A stretch of 64,000 nucleotides of DNA from Desulfobacterales bacterium. GTDB lineage: Bacteria; Desulfobacterota; Desulfobacteria; Desulfobacterales; UBA2174. Numbering within the stretch: the first letter of the stretch is position 1; each line of letters begins with the position of its first letter. The position numbers and the translations under genes were made by a program. The stretch lies in NCBI GenBank assembly GCA_963668645.2, contig CAXXWC010000002.1:1-64000 (forward strand), read 5' to 3'. Below are positions 35,796 to 46,246 of this stretch, piece by piece. The notes beneath the pieces are model-generated. The model saw only the letters and a list, made by a program, of their open reading frames with translations. It ran no database searches and was not told the origin of the DNA.

Positions 35796-36806
35796 TCACA
35801 ATCCCTGCTTTGCCATATAGTCCGCCAGGTCGGCCACACGGCACGAATAGCCCCACTCGTTGTCGTACCAGGCCACGACCTTGGCCATGTCGCCGGTAAG
35901 GACCTGGGTGAACTCCATATCCACGATGGACGAGCAGGGGTTGCCCTTGAAGTCGCTGGACACGAGTTTTTCGTCCTCGCAGGCCATGATGCCGGCAAGC
36001 TCGTTGGCCGCGGCCTCGCGCAGGGCTTCGCGCAGCGCCTCGGTGTCGGCCGGCTTTTCCAGCAATGCCGCAAAATCGACCACCGACACGGTGGGGGTCG
36101 GCACCCGCAACGCATAGCCGTCGAAGCGGCCGTCCAGTTCGGGAATCACCAGGGCCACGGCCCGGGCCGCGCCGGTGCTGGTGGGGATGATGTTCATGGC
36201 CGCGGCCCGGGCCCGGCGCGGATCCTTGTGGGCCAGGTCCATGAGGCGCTGGTCGGCCGTGTAGGAGTGGACCGTGGTCATCATGGCCTTGCGGATCCCG
36301 AAGGCGCGGTGGATCACCAGGGCCGGGGGAGCCAGGCAGTTGGTGGTGCACGAGGCGTTGGAAACGATATGATGGTCGCCGTGGCGGTACTTGCTGTGAT
36401 TGACGCCCATGACCACCGTGATGTCCTCTTCCTTGGCCGGGGCCGTGATGATCACCTTGCGCGCTCCGGCTTCCAGGTGGGCCTCGGCCTTGGGGCCGGT
36501 GCGAAACAGCCCGGTGCTCTCCACCACGATGTCGATGCCTTCCTCGTCCCAGGGAAGGGCGGCCGGATCGCGCATGGCAAAGCTTTTGACCGTCTTGCCG
36601 TTGACCACCAGGGCGTCCTCGGCCACCTTTACCTCGCCGGGAAAACGCCCGTAGTTCGTGTCGTGCCTGAAGAGGTTGGCGTTGGTTTCCACGTCGAAAA
36701 GGTCATTGATCGCCGCCACTTCGAGGGTGTCCGGGTGACGTTCCAGGATCGCCTTGAACACCTGGCGGCCGATGCGCCCGAAACCGTTGATGCCGATGCG
36801 GATCAT
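35796..36806 (-). CDS. gap: Type I glyceraldehyde-3-phosphate dehydrogenase
   Basis: [30 protein letters not shown]. Confidence 0.97.
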   Translation of the reverse strand: MIRIGINGFGRIGRQVFKAILERHPDTLEVAAINDLFDVETNANLFRHDTNYGRFPGEVKVAEDALVVNGKTVKSFAMRDPAALPWDEEGIDIVVESTGLFRTGPKAEAHLEAGARKVIITAPAKEEDITVVMGVNHSKYRHGDHHIVSNASCTTNCLAPPALVIHRAFGIRKAMMTTVHSYTADQRLMDLAHKDPRRARAAAMNIIPTSTGAARAVALVIPELDGRFDGYALRVPTPTVSVVDFAALLEKPADTEALREALREAAANELAGIMACEDEKLVSSDFKGNPCSSIVDMEFTQVLTGDMAKVVAWYDNEWGYSCRVADLADYMAKQGL

Positions 36807-36933
36807 GAAACCTCCTTTAGAACATTTTGGCGAATTTTCGATTCACAAATGAAGATTTTTGTCCAATGGCAAGGAAATCAAGCCATTACCTGACGCCCGG
36901 ATCGGACAAAAAGACCATTTGTGGCTCGTAAAA

Positions 36934-37494
36934 TCAGTTGTCGTCGATCCTGTACTCATAGGCCACCAGCAGCTCGTAATCGCGTCGCAAGGCCTGGTGG
37001 AGGCGGGCGTTTTCCAGGGCGATGGCGCTCAGGTTGGCCACGGCCTCCATGAAGCGGATCTCGTCGGGCGAAAAACTGCGCTCGTCGGCCGCATAGGCCC
37101 GCAGCACGCCGATGGCTTTCTTTTCCACCATCAGCGGGACCACCAGCACCGAGCAGATCCCTTCGGCCCTGGCCTTTTCCGGATACTGCCAGCCCGGATC
37201 GGTCTGGGCATTGGCCAGGTAGAGGGTTTCGCCCTTCAAGGCCTGCCGGTCCAGGGCGCTTTCCTTGACCAGCACCGGCCCCTTGCGGATGTAGCCCTTG
37301 GACAAGCCGGTCTGGGCCCCCATGATAAGCCGTTTACGCCGGGTGTCGAGCAGTCTCAGGGAGCAGGCCTTGACCTGCATGCTGCGGGCCACGCAGGCCA
37401 CGATCTGTTCGAGGACCTGCGACGGGGCGAGCGAGGCGTTGACCACCCGGGCCACCTCGTAAAGGGCCGAAAAAAAATCGGTCTTTGTCGGCAT
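36934..37494 (-). CDS. Stand-alone GAF domain protein
   Basis: ACSLRLLD, SVLVVPL, IGVLRAY, ANLSAIALENARL; RBS GGAGG. Confidence 0.88.
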   Translation of the reverse strand: MPTKTDFFSALYEVARVVNASLAPSQVLEQIVACVARSMQVKACSLRLLDTRRKRLIMGAQTGLSKGYIRKGPVLVKESALDRQALKGETLYLANAQTDPGWQYPEKARAEGICSVLVVPLMVEKKAIGVLRAYAADERSFSPDEIRFMEAVANLSAIALENARLHQALRRDYELLVAYEYRIDDN

Positions 37495-37520
37495 GACATA
37501 CCTCCCAGTTGGGTTAACTC

Positions 37521-37612
37521 GTGTCCATCCATAAACGGCACCTTTCGGGCCCCGGCGGCGTTCTCGCTCGGGCCTTGCCTGGAACCCAAAATCACCATTT
37601 ATGGACGGACAC
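37521..37612. mobile_element. MITE-like element, internally deleted copy (92 bp)
   Basis: Same terminal inverted repeats as 17799-17940; flanked by TAACTC direct repeats; lacks the 50 bp between two CTCGCTCG repeats. Confidence 0.8.
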
Positions 37613-37844
37613 TAACTCATATGGACGCCGGATCGGCCGGCCGTTTTCAGGCAATGGACGCCGTCCGATTTGAAGCCGAAGTTCAAAAGCAGACCGTTTA
37701 TGCATAGTGTGATCGGCCGCATCGTGGCAAGCCATATCTCGATTGCCGCCGCGATTCGATCCTTTCGCTTGTCTGCCGGTTTTCCAACCGCTATCATCCT
37801 GGGAGTTGGACAGACGTTGAATAACGATTCGCCGAGACTGCCCG

Positions 37845-39665
37845 ATGCATCTTCACCTGGACGACTTTTTACCCTTTGCCGGCTGGATGCGCAGCTATCG
37901 CAGGCGCTTTCTCAAAGCCGACCTCTTTGCCGGGCTCACCGTGGCCGTGGTGGCCCTGCCCCAGTCCATGGCCTATGCCATGATCGCCGGGCTGCCGGTC
38001 CAGTACGGGCTTTACGCCTCTATCGCACCCACCATCATCGGATGCCTGTGGGGCAGTTCGGCCCACCTGATCACCGGGCCGACCACCGCCGTTTCCCTGG
38101 TGGTCCTGACTACCCTGAGCCCCATGGCCGCGCCGGGCAGTGCGCAGTACATCGAACTGGCCTTCGCCCTGGCCCTGGTGGTCGGGCTGATCCAGGCGGC
38201 ACTGGGACTGGCCCGCCTCGGGGCCCTGCTCAACTTCGTTTCCCATGCCGTGTTGCTCGGTTTTACCGCCGGTGCGGCCCTGCTGATCGCCTTCAAGCAG
38301 GTGCCGGCCTTTCTCGGGCTGAAGCTGGCCTCCAGCGGCGTGCTGGTGCGCCATTTGTACACCGTGGCGGCCAACCTGCACCTGACCCACGGCATCACGC
38401 TGGGCCTGGGGCTGCTCACCGTGGCCGTGATCGTGGCGCTGCGCAAATGGCGCCCGGCCTGGCCCGGCACCCTGCTGGCCATGATTCTGGTCGGCACCCT
38501 GGTGGGGGTCCTGGATCTGGACCGGCGCGGCGTGGCCCTGGTCGGCGCCATCCCGCAGCGCCTGCCACCGCTGCACCTGCCCGACATGGGGGTTTGGACC
38601 CGCATCGGGGACCTGACCTCCGGGGGGCTGGCCATCGCCATCCTGGGTCTGGTGGAGGCGGTTTCCATCGCCAAGGCCATCGCCGATCAGACCCGCCAGC
38701 GCATCAACATCAACCGTGAATTCGTGGGACAGGGGCTGGCCAACATGGCCGCGGCATTTTGCAGCGGCTATCCGGGTTCGGGCTCCTTTACGCGCTCGGC
38801 GGTCAACTTCCGCTCGGGCGCCCGCACGCCGCTGAGCGGCATCGTTTCGGGGCTTGCGGTGGCTTTGACCATTTTGCTGGCCGCGCCCCTGGCCTCCCTG
38901 CTGCCCCTTTCGGCCCTGGCCGGGGTGTTGATGGTGGTGGCCTGGGACATGGTGCGTTTTGCCGACATCGCCCGCACCGTCCGGGCCACCCGGGCCGATG
39001 CGGCCGTGCTGCTGATCACCTTTGCCGCGACCCTGCTGCTCAACATCGAATTTGCCATCTATGCCGGCGTGCTGCTTTCCATCGGGATGCACCTGGCCGC
39101 CACTTCCCATCCGCGGGTGGCGCCGGTGGCCCCGGACCGGCCCGGCGGCAAGATGGCGCCGGCCGGAGACGAAACCGGCTGCCCCCAGATGGAGATCGTC
39201 GCCGTGGAAGGATCGATCTTTTTCGGATCGGCCGCCTTCCTGCTCGACGCCATCCAGCGGCGCTGGCGCAGCCGCCCCGAGCGCCTCGATCTGATCATGC
39301 GCATGCACCGGGTCAACACCATGGATGCCAGCGGGGTCCACGCCCTGGAAATCCTGCTGGACGAGATCCGCGCCAGGGGCGGGGATCTCTATCTTGCCGG
39401 AACCAATCATCGGGTTTTCGAGGTGTTGAAAAACTCCGGATTCCTGACGCAGATCGGCACTTCGCGGGTGCGCCGGACCACCGGCGCGGCGATCCGCCAG
39501 GCCATGCGCGAGAATTTCTGCCCGGCGGTCTGCGGCCGGTGCGCAAAGCTCGTGTTCGAGGAATGCAAGGCGTTGAAACGCAGCGACTGGGAAATCTTCG
39601 GCCCCGGAACCCTCCCGCCGGACTGCCGTGCGCCGGGAGGGCAGGGGGTGCAAGGCGGATCATGA
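37845..39665 (+). CDS. SulP family inorganic anion transporter with STAS domain
   Basis: DLFAGLTVAVVALPQSMAYA, GLYA, GSFTRS, STAS GSIFFG...MDASG. Confidence 0.93.
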   Translation: MHLHLDDFLPFAGWMRSYRRRFLKADLFAGLTVAVVALPQSMAYAMIAGLPVQYGLYASIAPTIIGCLWGSSAHLITGPTTAVSLVVLTTLSPMAAPGSAQYIELAFALALVVGLIQAALGLARLGALLNFVSHAVLLGFTAGAALLIAFKQVPAFLGLKLASSGVLVRHLYTVAANLHLTHGITLGLGLLTVAVIVALRKWRPAWPGTLLAMILVGTLVGVLDLDRRGVALVGAIPQRLPPLHLPDMGVWTRIGDLTSGGLAIAILGLVEAVSIAKAIADQTRQRININREFVGQGLANMAAAFCSGYPGSGSFTRSAVNFRSGARTPLSGIVSGLAVALTILLAAPLASLLPLSALAGVLMVVAWDMVRFADIARTVRATRADAAVLLITFAATLLLNIEFAIYAGVLLSIGMHLAATSHPRVAPVAPDRPGGKMAPAGDETGCPQMEIVAVEGSIFFGSAAFLLDAIQRRWRSRPERLDLIMRMHRVNTMDASGVHALEILLDEIRARGGDLYLAGTNHRVFEVLKNSGFLTQIGTSRVRRTTGAAIRQAMRENFCPAVCGRCAKLVFEECKALKRSDWEIFGPGTLPPDCRAPGGQGVQGGS

Positions 39666-40618
39666 TAAAATTGCTGGTTTATACCGATGGGCGGCCCGCC
39701 GCCCGCCGCGCCCTTGAGTTCGGTGCGGTCTTTGCCCGGCGCCTGAAAGCCGGGCTAGGGGTCGTGACCGTGCGCCGGGGAACCGGACCGGCCGAGGACC
39801 CGCTGCCGCTGGGGACCGACTTTCCGATTTCCGGGCGCTCCCGCCTCTCTGCGGGGTTGAATCTTCTTTGCACAGCGGCCCTGCAGCTTGTCGACCAGGG
39901 GCTTTTGGCGCCCCTGGATACGATCCGGATCTACGACGGCCCGGGCGGCCCCTATTTCAGGTGGCCTTCGCCCGAGGGCCGGACGGTCCTTTTCACGGAA
40001 CGCTTCGGCCATTTTATCGAAGCGCTCAACGGGTTGGTGGACGAGGCGGACTACGATCTGCTGGTGGCGGCCCCGCCGCGGCGGCACGGGCTGCACCGGC
40101 TGGTGCTGGGCGAAACCTCGCGCCGGTTGGCCCTGGATCTGCACGCCTCGCTGTTGCTGGTGCGCGGCGGGGGACCGGACAGCCGTTTTTTGCTCTGCGC
40201 CGACGGCTCTGCGTCTTCCCAACGCCAGATTTCCATGCTGCAAGCTTTGCTGCCGGCCGTGCGAAAGCCGGTGGACCTGATCTGGGTGCGCCCGGCCGGC
40301 ATGCCTCCAGAGGCGCTGGCCCCGGTGCGCGGGCGCATCCACAAGGTCGGCCAATGGCTGGCCACTTGCGGATCATTCGGGCGCATCGACGAGATCGAGG
40401 CCGATTCCCCCCTGGATCCGATTCTCGAAGCGGCCGGCACCGATGCGGTGATCGTCATGGGCGCCAGCCTGCGCCACGACGTCTACCGGCGGGTGCACGG
40501 CAGCCTGCCCATCCAGGTCATGGCCCGCACCGGGGCCAGCCTCCTGCTGGTCAAGCTGCCGCCCGAAGCCGGCGGCGACGATCTCGACGATCCCTTGCAT
40601 TGTGCGGCCGGCGGTTGA
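39662..40618 (+). CDS. Universal stress protein family (two USP-like domains)
   Basis: KLLVYTDG..AARRAL, DLLV...LGETSRRL, LLCADGS, VIVMGAS; ATGA overlap with sulP. Confidence 0.75.
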   Translation: MIKLLVYTDGRPAARRALEFGAVFARRLKAGLGVVTVRRGTGPAEDPLPLGTDFPISGRSRLSAGLNLLCTAALQLVDQGLLAPLDTIRIYDGPGGPYFRWPSPEGRTVLFTERFGHFIEALNGLVDEADYDLLVAAPPRRHGLHRLVLGETSRRLALDLHASLLLVRGGGPDSRFLLCADGSASSQRQISMLQALLPAVRKPVDLIWVRPAGMPPEALAPVRGRIHKVGQWLATCGSFGRIDEIEADSPLDPILEAAGTDAVIVMGASLRHDVYRRVHGSLPIQVMARTGASLLLVKLPPEAGGDDLDDPLHCAAGG

Positions 40619-40720
40619 CACGCAAGCCCCGTTTATCTATGACCAGTGACGGAAACGACCCGCTTGCGGGCCGCGATGCCGATCGTGAATCCCATGCTGA
40701 ACCGCCAACAGGAAGAACCG

Positions 40721-42073
40721 ATGCAACTGGACCGTATGACCGCCATTTCGCCCGTGGACGGCCGCTATCGCGGCGCCGCGGAACCGCTGGCCGCCTATTT
40801 TTCCGAAAGCGCCCTGATCCGCTACCGCTTGCAGGTGGAGGTGGCCTATTTCATCGCGTTGTGCCGTTTGCCTTTGCCGCAGCTGTCCGCCATCCCCGAG
40901 GACAAGCTCGACGCCCTGAACCGGGTCGTGGCGGATTTCTCCCTTGAAGACGCCCGGCGCGTCAAAGAGATCGAGGCCGTTACCAACCACGACGTCAAGG
41001 CGGTGGAGTACTTTCTCAAGGAACGCTGCGATGCCCTGGGGCTTTCCGAATACAAGGAATTCGTCCACTTCGGCCTGACCAGCCAGGACATCAACAACAC
41101 GGCCATGCCCGCCATGCTGCGCGATGCCTGGCGCCAGACGGTGCGCCCGGTCCTGGACCAGGTCGTCGACCGGCTGGCCCGGATGGCCGAGACCTGGCGC
41201 GACGTGCCGATGCTGGCCCGCACCCACGGCCAGCCCGCATCGCCAACGCGTCTGGGAAAGGAACTTTTCGTCTTTGTCGAGCGCCTGCGCAAGCAGCTCG
41301 CCCAGGCCGACATGGTCCCCTTCAGCGCCAAGTTCGGCGGGGCCACGGGCAATTTCAACGCCCACCTGGCGGCGTATCCCGGGATCGACTGGGTCAGCTT
41401 CGCCAACCGCCTGGTGGCCGAGGACCTCGGATTGGTGCGCTCCCAGGTCACCACCCAGATCGAGCACTACGACAACACCGCCGCCTTTTGCGATGCCGTA
41501 AGACGCATCAACACGATTCTCATCGACCTGGACCGCGACCTGTGGACCTATATCTCCCTCGATTACTTCAAGCAGAAGATCAAGCCCGGCGAGGTCGGCT
41601 CTTCGACCATGCCCCACAAGGTCAATCCCATCGATTTTGAAAACTCCGAGGGCAACCTCGGCCTGGCCGATGCGATCTTTTCCCATCTGGCCGAGAAGCT
41701 CCCGATCAGCCGGTTGCAGCGGGACCTGACCGATTCCACCGTTTCGCGCAACCTCGGGGTCCCCCTGGCCCACAGCCTCATCGCCTATCGTTCGCTGCTG
41801 CGCGGGCTGGAAAAGCTTTTGCTCCACCCGGAGCGGCTGGCCTCCGACCTGGAGGCCAACTGGGCCGTGGTGGCCGAGGCGATCCAGACCATCCTGCGCC
41901 GTGAAGGGTATCCCAATCCTTACGAAGCTTTGAAACAACTGACCCGTACCCATACAACCATCGACCGGGACGCCATCCAGGCCTTCATCGAGGGCCTGGC
42001 GGTCTGCGAAACGGTCAAGGCCGAACTGCGCGCCATCACCCCCCACAACTACATCGGCCTGGCCCACTTTTAA
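40721..42073 (+). CDS. purB: Adenylosuccinate lyase
   Basis: AISPVDGRY, TNHDVKAVEY, RTHGQPASPT, GSSTMPHKVNPIDFENSEGN. Confidence 0.97.
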   Translation: MQLDRMTAISPVDGRYRGAAEPLAAYFSESALIRYRLQVEVAYFIALCRLPLPQLSAIPEDKLDALNRVVADFSLEDARRVKEIEAVTNHDVKAVEYFLKERCDALGLSEYKEFVHFGLTSQDINNTAMPAMLRDAWRQTVRPVLDQVVDRLARMAETWRDVPMLARTHGQPASPTRLGKELFVFVERLRKQLAQADMVPFSAKFGGATGNFNAHLAAYPGIDWVSFANRLVAEDLGLVRSQVTTQIEHYDNTAAFCDAVRRINTILIDLDRDLWTYISLDYFKQKIKPGEVGSSTMPHKVNPIDFENSEGNLGLADAIFSHLAEKLPISRLQRDLTDSTVSRNLGVPLAHSLIAYRSLLRGLEKLLLHPERLASDLEANWAVVAEAIQTILRREGYPNPYEALKQLTRTHTTIDRDAIQAFIEGLAVCETVKAELRAITPHNYIGLAHF

Positions 42074-42259
42074 GCGGCAAACGACGGCCGGGCCGCCCGG
42101 CCGTCAAAACAATATTCTCGCTACCCGTCTAACCGCAAACAGGTATCGGTCTGCCCGGACAGCCGGCGCCGCCTGGCTGTTTGGGAGGCGGTTTGCTCAG
42201 CTGCATATCCCCGGGCTGCCCAGGCCGTGACCAGACGGCCGATGCCCATGGAGGCGCAG

Positions 42260-43165
42260 ATGGACGCCATCCTGTGTGCCATCGATTTTTCTCCGGCCAC
42301 GGCGCCGGTGATCGGCTCGGGCGCCGGTCTGGCCGAGGCCCTGGGCGCCCGCCTGATCGCCTTCCACGCGGTCCATTTTGCCAGTGATCCGCTCTATGCC
42401 ACCGACTTTGCAGACCGCCGGGCCCGCACCCGGCGTCTTTGCGCGGCGGCCGGGGACCGGCTGGCCGAATGCATGGCCGGGGTGGACCAGCCCTGGGAAC
42501 CGGTGGTGGTACGCGGTGATCCGGTCGAGCAATTGGCGCATCTGGTCGCCCAGCGCCGGCCGCGCCTGGTGGTGACCGCCAGCCGCGGAATCGGCATGAT
42601 CCAGCGTCTTTTCACCGGCACGGTGGTCGAGCGCATGGTCCAGCAGGTACGCTGCCCCATCTTGATCCTTCATCCGCCAGGGCCACTTCCCGAAGATTGC
42701 GCGGTTCCGCTGAGGCGGCTTCTGGTGGGCTGCGACCTGCAGCCGCCGGCCGTTCCTCTGGAGGCGGCCTGCCGCCTGCTGGGGCATGGCGCCGCTGAAA
42801 TCCATCTGCTCCACGTCAGCGAATCCCCCCTGGACCCCGCCCTGGTGGAAACCGAACACGGACCGGCCGGCCAGAGGTTCGAAATCCTGGACCGGAGCCT
42901 CCGCCGGCGGCTTGAGGCCGCTAGTTCAAATGCGTGTGCCGCAGGCCTGCACTTCGAGGCCAAGATCCGGCCCGGTGTTCCGGCCGAAGTGCTGCGCGAA
43001 TATGCCCGGGAGCACCGGATCGATCTGGCGGTGGTGGGCGTGCACCGTACCGGAGCGTTCAAAAGGGCCTTGATCGGTTCCACGGCCCGGGACCTGCTGC
43101 GCGACGTGCCGTGCAGCCTGCTCACCATTCCCCAGCCGGATGGCACGGCGGGTGAGGGGACATGA
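42260..43165 (+). CDS. Universal stress protein (tandem USP domains)
   Basis: ILCAIDFS, GDPVE, TGTVVERMV..RCPIL, IGSTARDLL..VPCSLLTI. Confidence 0.88.
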   Translation: MDAILCAIDFSPATAPVIGSGAGLAEALGARLIAFHAVHFASDPLYATDFADRRARTRRLCAAAGDRLAECMAGVDQPWEPVVVRGDPVEQLAHLVAQRRPRLVVTASRGIGMIQRLFTGTVVERMVQQVRCPILILHPPGPLPEDCAVPLRRLLVGCDLQPPAVPLEAACRLLGHGAAEIHLLHVSESPLDPALVETEHGPAGQRFEILDRSLRRRLEAASSNACAAGLHFEAKIRPGVPAEVLREYAREHRIDLAVVGVHRTGAFKRALIGSTARDLLRDVPCSLLTIPQPDGTAGEGT

Positions 43166-44211
43166 AAACCACCGGAATCGTATGCGATCCCTGTTTTCTC
43201 GATCATCTTATGCCGCAAGGGCACCCGGAGCACCCGAGACGCCTGCGGGCGGTGATCGACCGGCTGGCATTGGAGGACCGGCTCGGGCGAGAACTGATGC
43301 CCATCGCCCCGCGGCCGGCCACCCAGGGGGAAATAGAGCGGGTCCATCAACCCGGATACTTCCGCAAGATCGCCGCCACCGCCGGGGTCGAACGCAGCGC
43401 CCTGACCGCTGACACCTTTGCCAGCGCAGGATCCTACGCCGCCGCCTGCCTGGCAGCCGGCGGTTTCTGCGCCGCCATCGCGGCGGTGCTGGAAGGGAAG
43501 GTGAAAAACGCCTTCGCCCTGGTGCGCCCGCCCGGGCACCATGCCGAGGCCAGCCGGGCCCTGGGCTACTGCCTGTTCAACAACACGGCCCTGGGGGCGG
43601 CCTTTGCCCGGGACCAATTCGGCTTGCGGCGGATTTTGATCGTGGACTGGGACGTGCATCACGGCAACGGGACCCAGCACCTGTTCGAGGCCGACCCGGG
43701 GGTGCTCTTCTTTTCGACCCACCAGCATCCGCTCTTTCCGGGCACCGGACAGTACACCGAGGTCGGCCGGGGAAGGGGAGAAGGCTTCACCGTGAACCTG
43801 CCCCTGGCCAAGGGTTACGGGGATGCGGAATATGCCGCCATCTACCGCAGCCTGCTCGTGCCGCTGGCCCAAGCCTACATGCCGGAGTTGATTCTCGTAT
43901 CGGCCGGTTTCGACACCCACCGGGACGATCCGATGGCCGGGATGTGCATGACCGAGGAAGGTTTCGTCGCTCTGGCTCGGATCCTGCTGGATCTGGCCGC
44001 CGCCTGTTGCCAGGACCGCCTGGTGATGGTCCTCGAAGGCGGTTATCACCCGCCGGCCCTTGCGGCCAGCGTGGTTGCGGTACTCTGCGAGATGGCCGGG
44101 CTGACCCATACCCCGGAAACCGGCCACCGGACTGCGGACCGGCGCAGGCTGGACTACGTCCTGGCGCGCAGTCTGCCGGTGCTGCGCCCCTACTGGAGCT
44201 GCCTGGGCTGA
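43162..44211 (+). CDS. Histone deacetylase family protein (Zn-dependent amidohydrolase)
   Basis: HPEHPRR, RPPGHHA, DWDVHHGNGTQ, SAGFD, EGGY. Confidence 0.95.
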   Translation: MKTTGIVCDPCFLDHLMPQGHPEHPRRLRAVIDRLALEDRLGRELMPIAPRPATQGEIERVHQPGYFRKIAATAGVERSALTADTFASAGSYAAACLAAGGFCAAIAAVLEGKVKNAFALVRPPGHHAEASRALGYCLFNNTALGAAFARDQFGLRRILIVDWDVHHGNGTQHLFEADPGVLFFSTHQHPLFPGTGQYTEVGRGRGEGFTVNLPLAKGYGDAEYAAIYRSLLVPLAQAYMPELILVSAGFDTHRDDPMAGMCMTEEGFVALARILLDLAAACCQDRLVMVLEGGYHPPALAASVVAVLCEMAGLTHTPETGHRTADRRRLDYVLARSLPVLRPYWSCLG

Positions 44212-44265
44212 TGGCGCCGGGCGGTGTGTGCCGGAGCCCGGCCATTTTATTCAAAGGGAAAGGCG

Positions 44266-44616
44266 ATGAACAAAATCAAGATCATGAAGGCCTCGGTGGC
44301 CAAGTGGGAGCGCATCATCGCCGGCAAGAGCGCCGACGGCGGGGTACTGGACTGCCCGCCGTGCCGGATCTACTACCTGCTCGTGTGCATCGGCTGTCCC
44401 ATCGCCGAATACACCGGCAAGAAATTCTGCCGCGGCACCCCTTATCCGCGCTGGTACTGGCACCATGTCAACGATCACGAGGAGCTGCGGCGCAAGGTCT
44501 TCTGCCCCCAATGCCTGGAGTATGCCACCCAAATGCGCGATTTCATGATCGAGGTGCTCGAGGCCCTCAAGGCCCGGCAGGCAGAGGACCAACCGGAAAA
44601 ACCCTTTTCCCCGTGA
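44266..44616 (+). CDS. Small Cys-rich hypothetical protein (possible metal binding)
   Basis: CPPC, CIGCP, C, CPQC motifs; purine-rich RBS. Confidence 0.7.
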   Translation: MNKIKIMKASVAKWERIIAGKSADGGVLDCPPCRIYYLLVCIGCPIAEYTGKKFCRGTPYPRWYWHHVNDHEELRRKVFCPQCLEYATQMRDFMIEVLEALKARQAEDQPEKPFSP

Positions 44617-44633
44617 CGGAGCGATAAAGCCTC

Positions 44634-46148
44634 TTGACGCGTTTTTTGCACGGCCTTCTCGTCATTGCGGCCGCCGGAGAAATCGCCCTGGTGGCCGCCG
44701 CGGTCCTGACCCGGCTGCGCCAGGCCGGTCTCTCCCTGGCCGAGGCCGGGGTCTATGCCCTGGTCGGCACTCTGATGCTCCTTTCGCTGGTCTTGCAGGT
44801 CGCCTTTCTGGCTGGATTTCCCCGCGCGGCGTTGTTCTGCGAGATGGTTATCCTGGCTGCCGCCGCCGCCGATCTGATACGCCGCTGGCGCCTGCTGGCC
44901 GGCGAAATGCCCCTCCTGGCGGATTTTGCCCGCCGTAATCTTCTTTTGTTCTACGGTTTGACGGTGATCGCCGCTCTTTTGCTGGTGCTGCTGGTGATCC
45001 TGCCTCCCCTGGATGGGGCCGGGGCGGTCCAGGCCTGGAATCCGATCCCCGCCGTCGACACCATGAACGCTTACCGATCCTCCAACCACGGGGTGTTGGT
45101 CGGCTTTTTCAACCGTCTTTCGGAAGGCAGCGGCTTGCTGGGGCTGATCGCCTATCTTGTCGTGGCCCTGGCCACCTATGCCCTGGCCCGGCGCTACGCG
45201 TGGCCGCCTGCTGCGGCCACGGTGACCCTGGTGGTCGTCAGCCAGCCGCGGCTATTTTACCAGGCCCTTTCCCCGGGCGCCGAAATCCTGCCCGCCGCCG
45301 TGGGACTCTTCTGCCTGCTGGCCCTTTACCGGACCGTGGAGCATCCGCGCTTTGTCGACCTGATCCTGCTCGTGCTGGGGCTCTCTTTTGCCGTGGCCGA
45401 ACAACCCCTGGGCGCGGCGTTCCCCGTGATCCTGGCCCTGCTGGCGGCGGTAACCCTCTACCGGCGCCACGGCGGGGCGTTCTGGTGGTGGCTGGCCCGC
45501 AAACGGCCGGCGGCAAGCCTGGCAGCCCTGGCCGCGGCACTGGTATTCGTTCAGGCTTGGCGCTGGGTGCCGGGCGCCGCCGCCAAATCCCCGCCTTTTC
45601 ATGCCCCGCCCAACACGGATGGAATCCTGGGGGCCGCGGCCAATTTTGTGCGCTACCTGCTGCAGAGCATCGATCTGATGCCGGCCGGCGAGCATCTATG
45701 GCACTGGGTATTCGGAACAAACCTTGAGCAGATCCTCGATGATTTCTATCTTGGCCTCGTCGCGCCGCTGGTGGGTCAAAGCGGCGCCGCGGCCCCTTTT
45801 GAACTCGCTTGGGGATTCGATCCGGCCACCGCATGGTTCGGCCCCCTGGGGCTGGTCCTGGTCCTGCCGGCCGTGGCCTATGCGCTGCTGCGCGGACCGC
45901 GGCGGCTCAAGGCGGTGGCCGTGGCCATGGCCGGTTACGGATACCTCGGCTGCCTGATTCCGGCCTGGACCCCATACAACGGTTCGATCTTTATCCGTTT
46001 TTTCGCCTGCGGCGGTTTTATGATCGCTTTTCTGCTGCCGCCCTGGCGCTTGCGCAGGCGGGATATGATCGGGATCCAGATCTTCTGCCTGCTCTTGCTT
46101 TGCTACGCGGCCCTGGGCCGCTGGGGATGGATTATCGGCGGTGGATGA
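44634..46148 (+). CDS. Polytopic membrane protein (possibly GT-C-fold-like), function unknown
   Basis: More than 10 hydrophobic segments; start uncertain. Confidence 0.65.
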   Translation: MTRFLHGLLVIAAAGEIALVAAAVLTRLRQAGLSLAEAGVYALVGTLMLLSLVLQVAFLAGFPRAALFCEMVILAAAAADLIRRWRLLAGEMPLLADFARRNLLLFYGLTVIAALLLVLLVILPPLDGAGAVQAWNPIPAVDTMNAYRSSNHGVLVGFFNRLSEGSGLLGLIAYLVVALATYALARRYAWPPAAATVTLVVVSQPRLFYQALSPGAEILPAAVGLFCLLALYRTVEHPRFVDLILLVLGLSFAVAEQPLGAAFPVILALLAAVTLYRRHGGAFWWWLARKRPAASLAALAAALVFVQAWRWVPGAAAKSPPFHAPPNTDGILGAAANFVRYLLQSIDLMPAGEHLWHWVFGTNLEQILDDFYLGLVAPLVGQSGAAAPFELAWGFDPATAWFGPLGLVLVLPAVAYALLRGPRRLKAVAVAMAGYGYLGCLIPAWTPYNGSIFIRFFACGGFMIAFLLPPWRLRRRDMIGIQIFCLLLLCYAALGRWGWIIGGG

Positions 46149-46246
46149 ACGCGGCGTAAATTTCTGAAGCGGGATGAAAGCGCTGCTTTCCCTGTGTTTT
46201 CGAATTCTTTGCGGTTAGCGGAGCATGCTTCAAAAAAGCATCGGTG

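Noticed and set aside
37869..39653. Long antisense ORFs (also 40637-42067, 53585-55549, 56863-58914, 61213-62634, 31812-33254)
   Set aside because: Shadow ORFs opposite well-supported genes, expected from GC-rich codon bias; no recognisable motifs
38759..39661. 619-aa ORF suggesting a SulP-USP fusion or frameshift
   Set aside because: The upstream part is an off-frame overlap with sulP; the USP begins at ATG 39662 in an ordinary ATGA coupling
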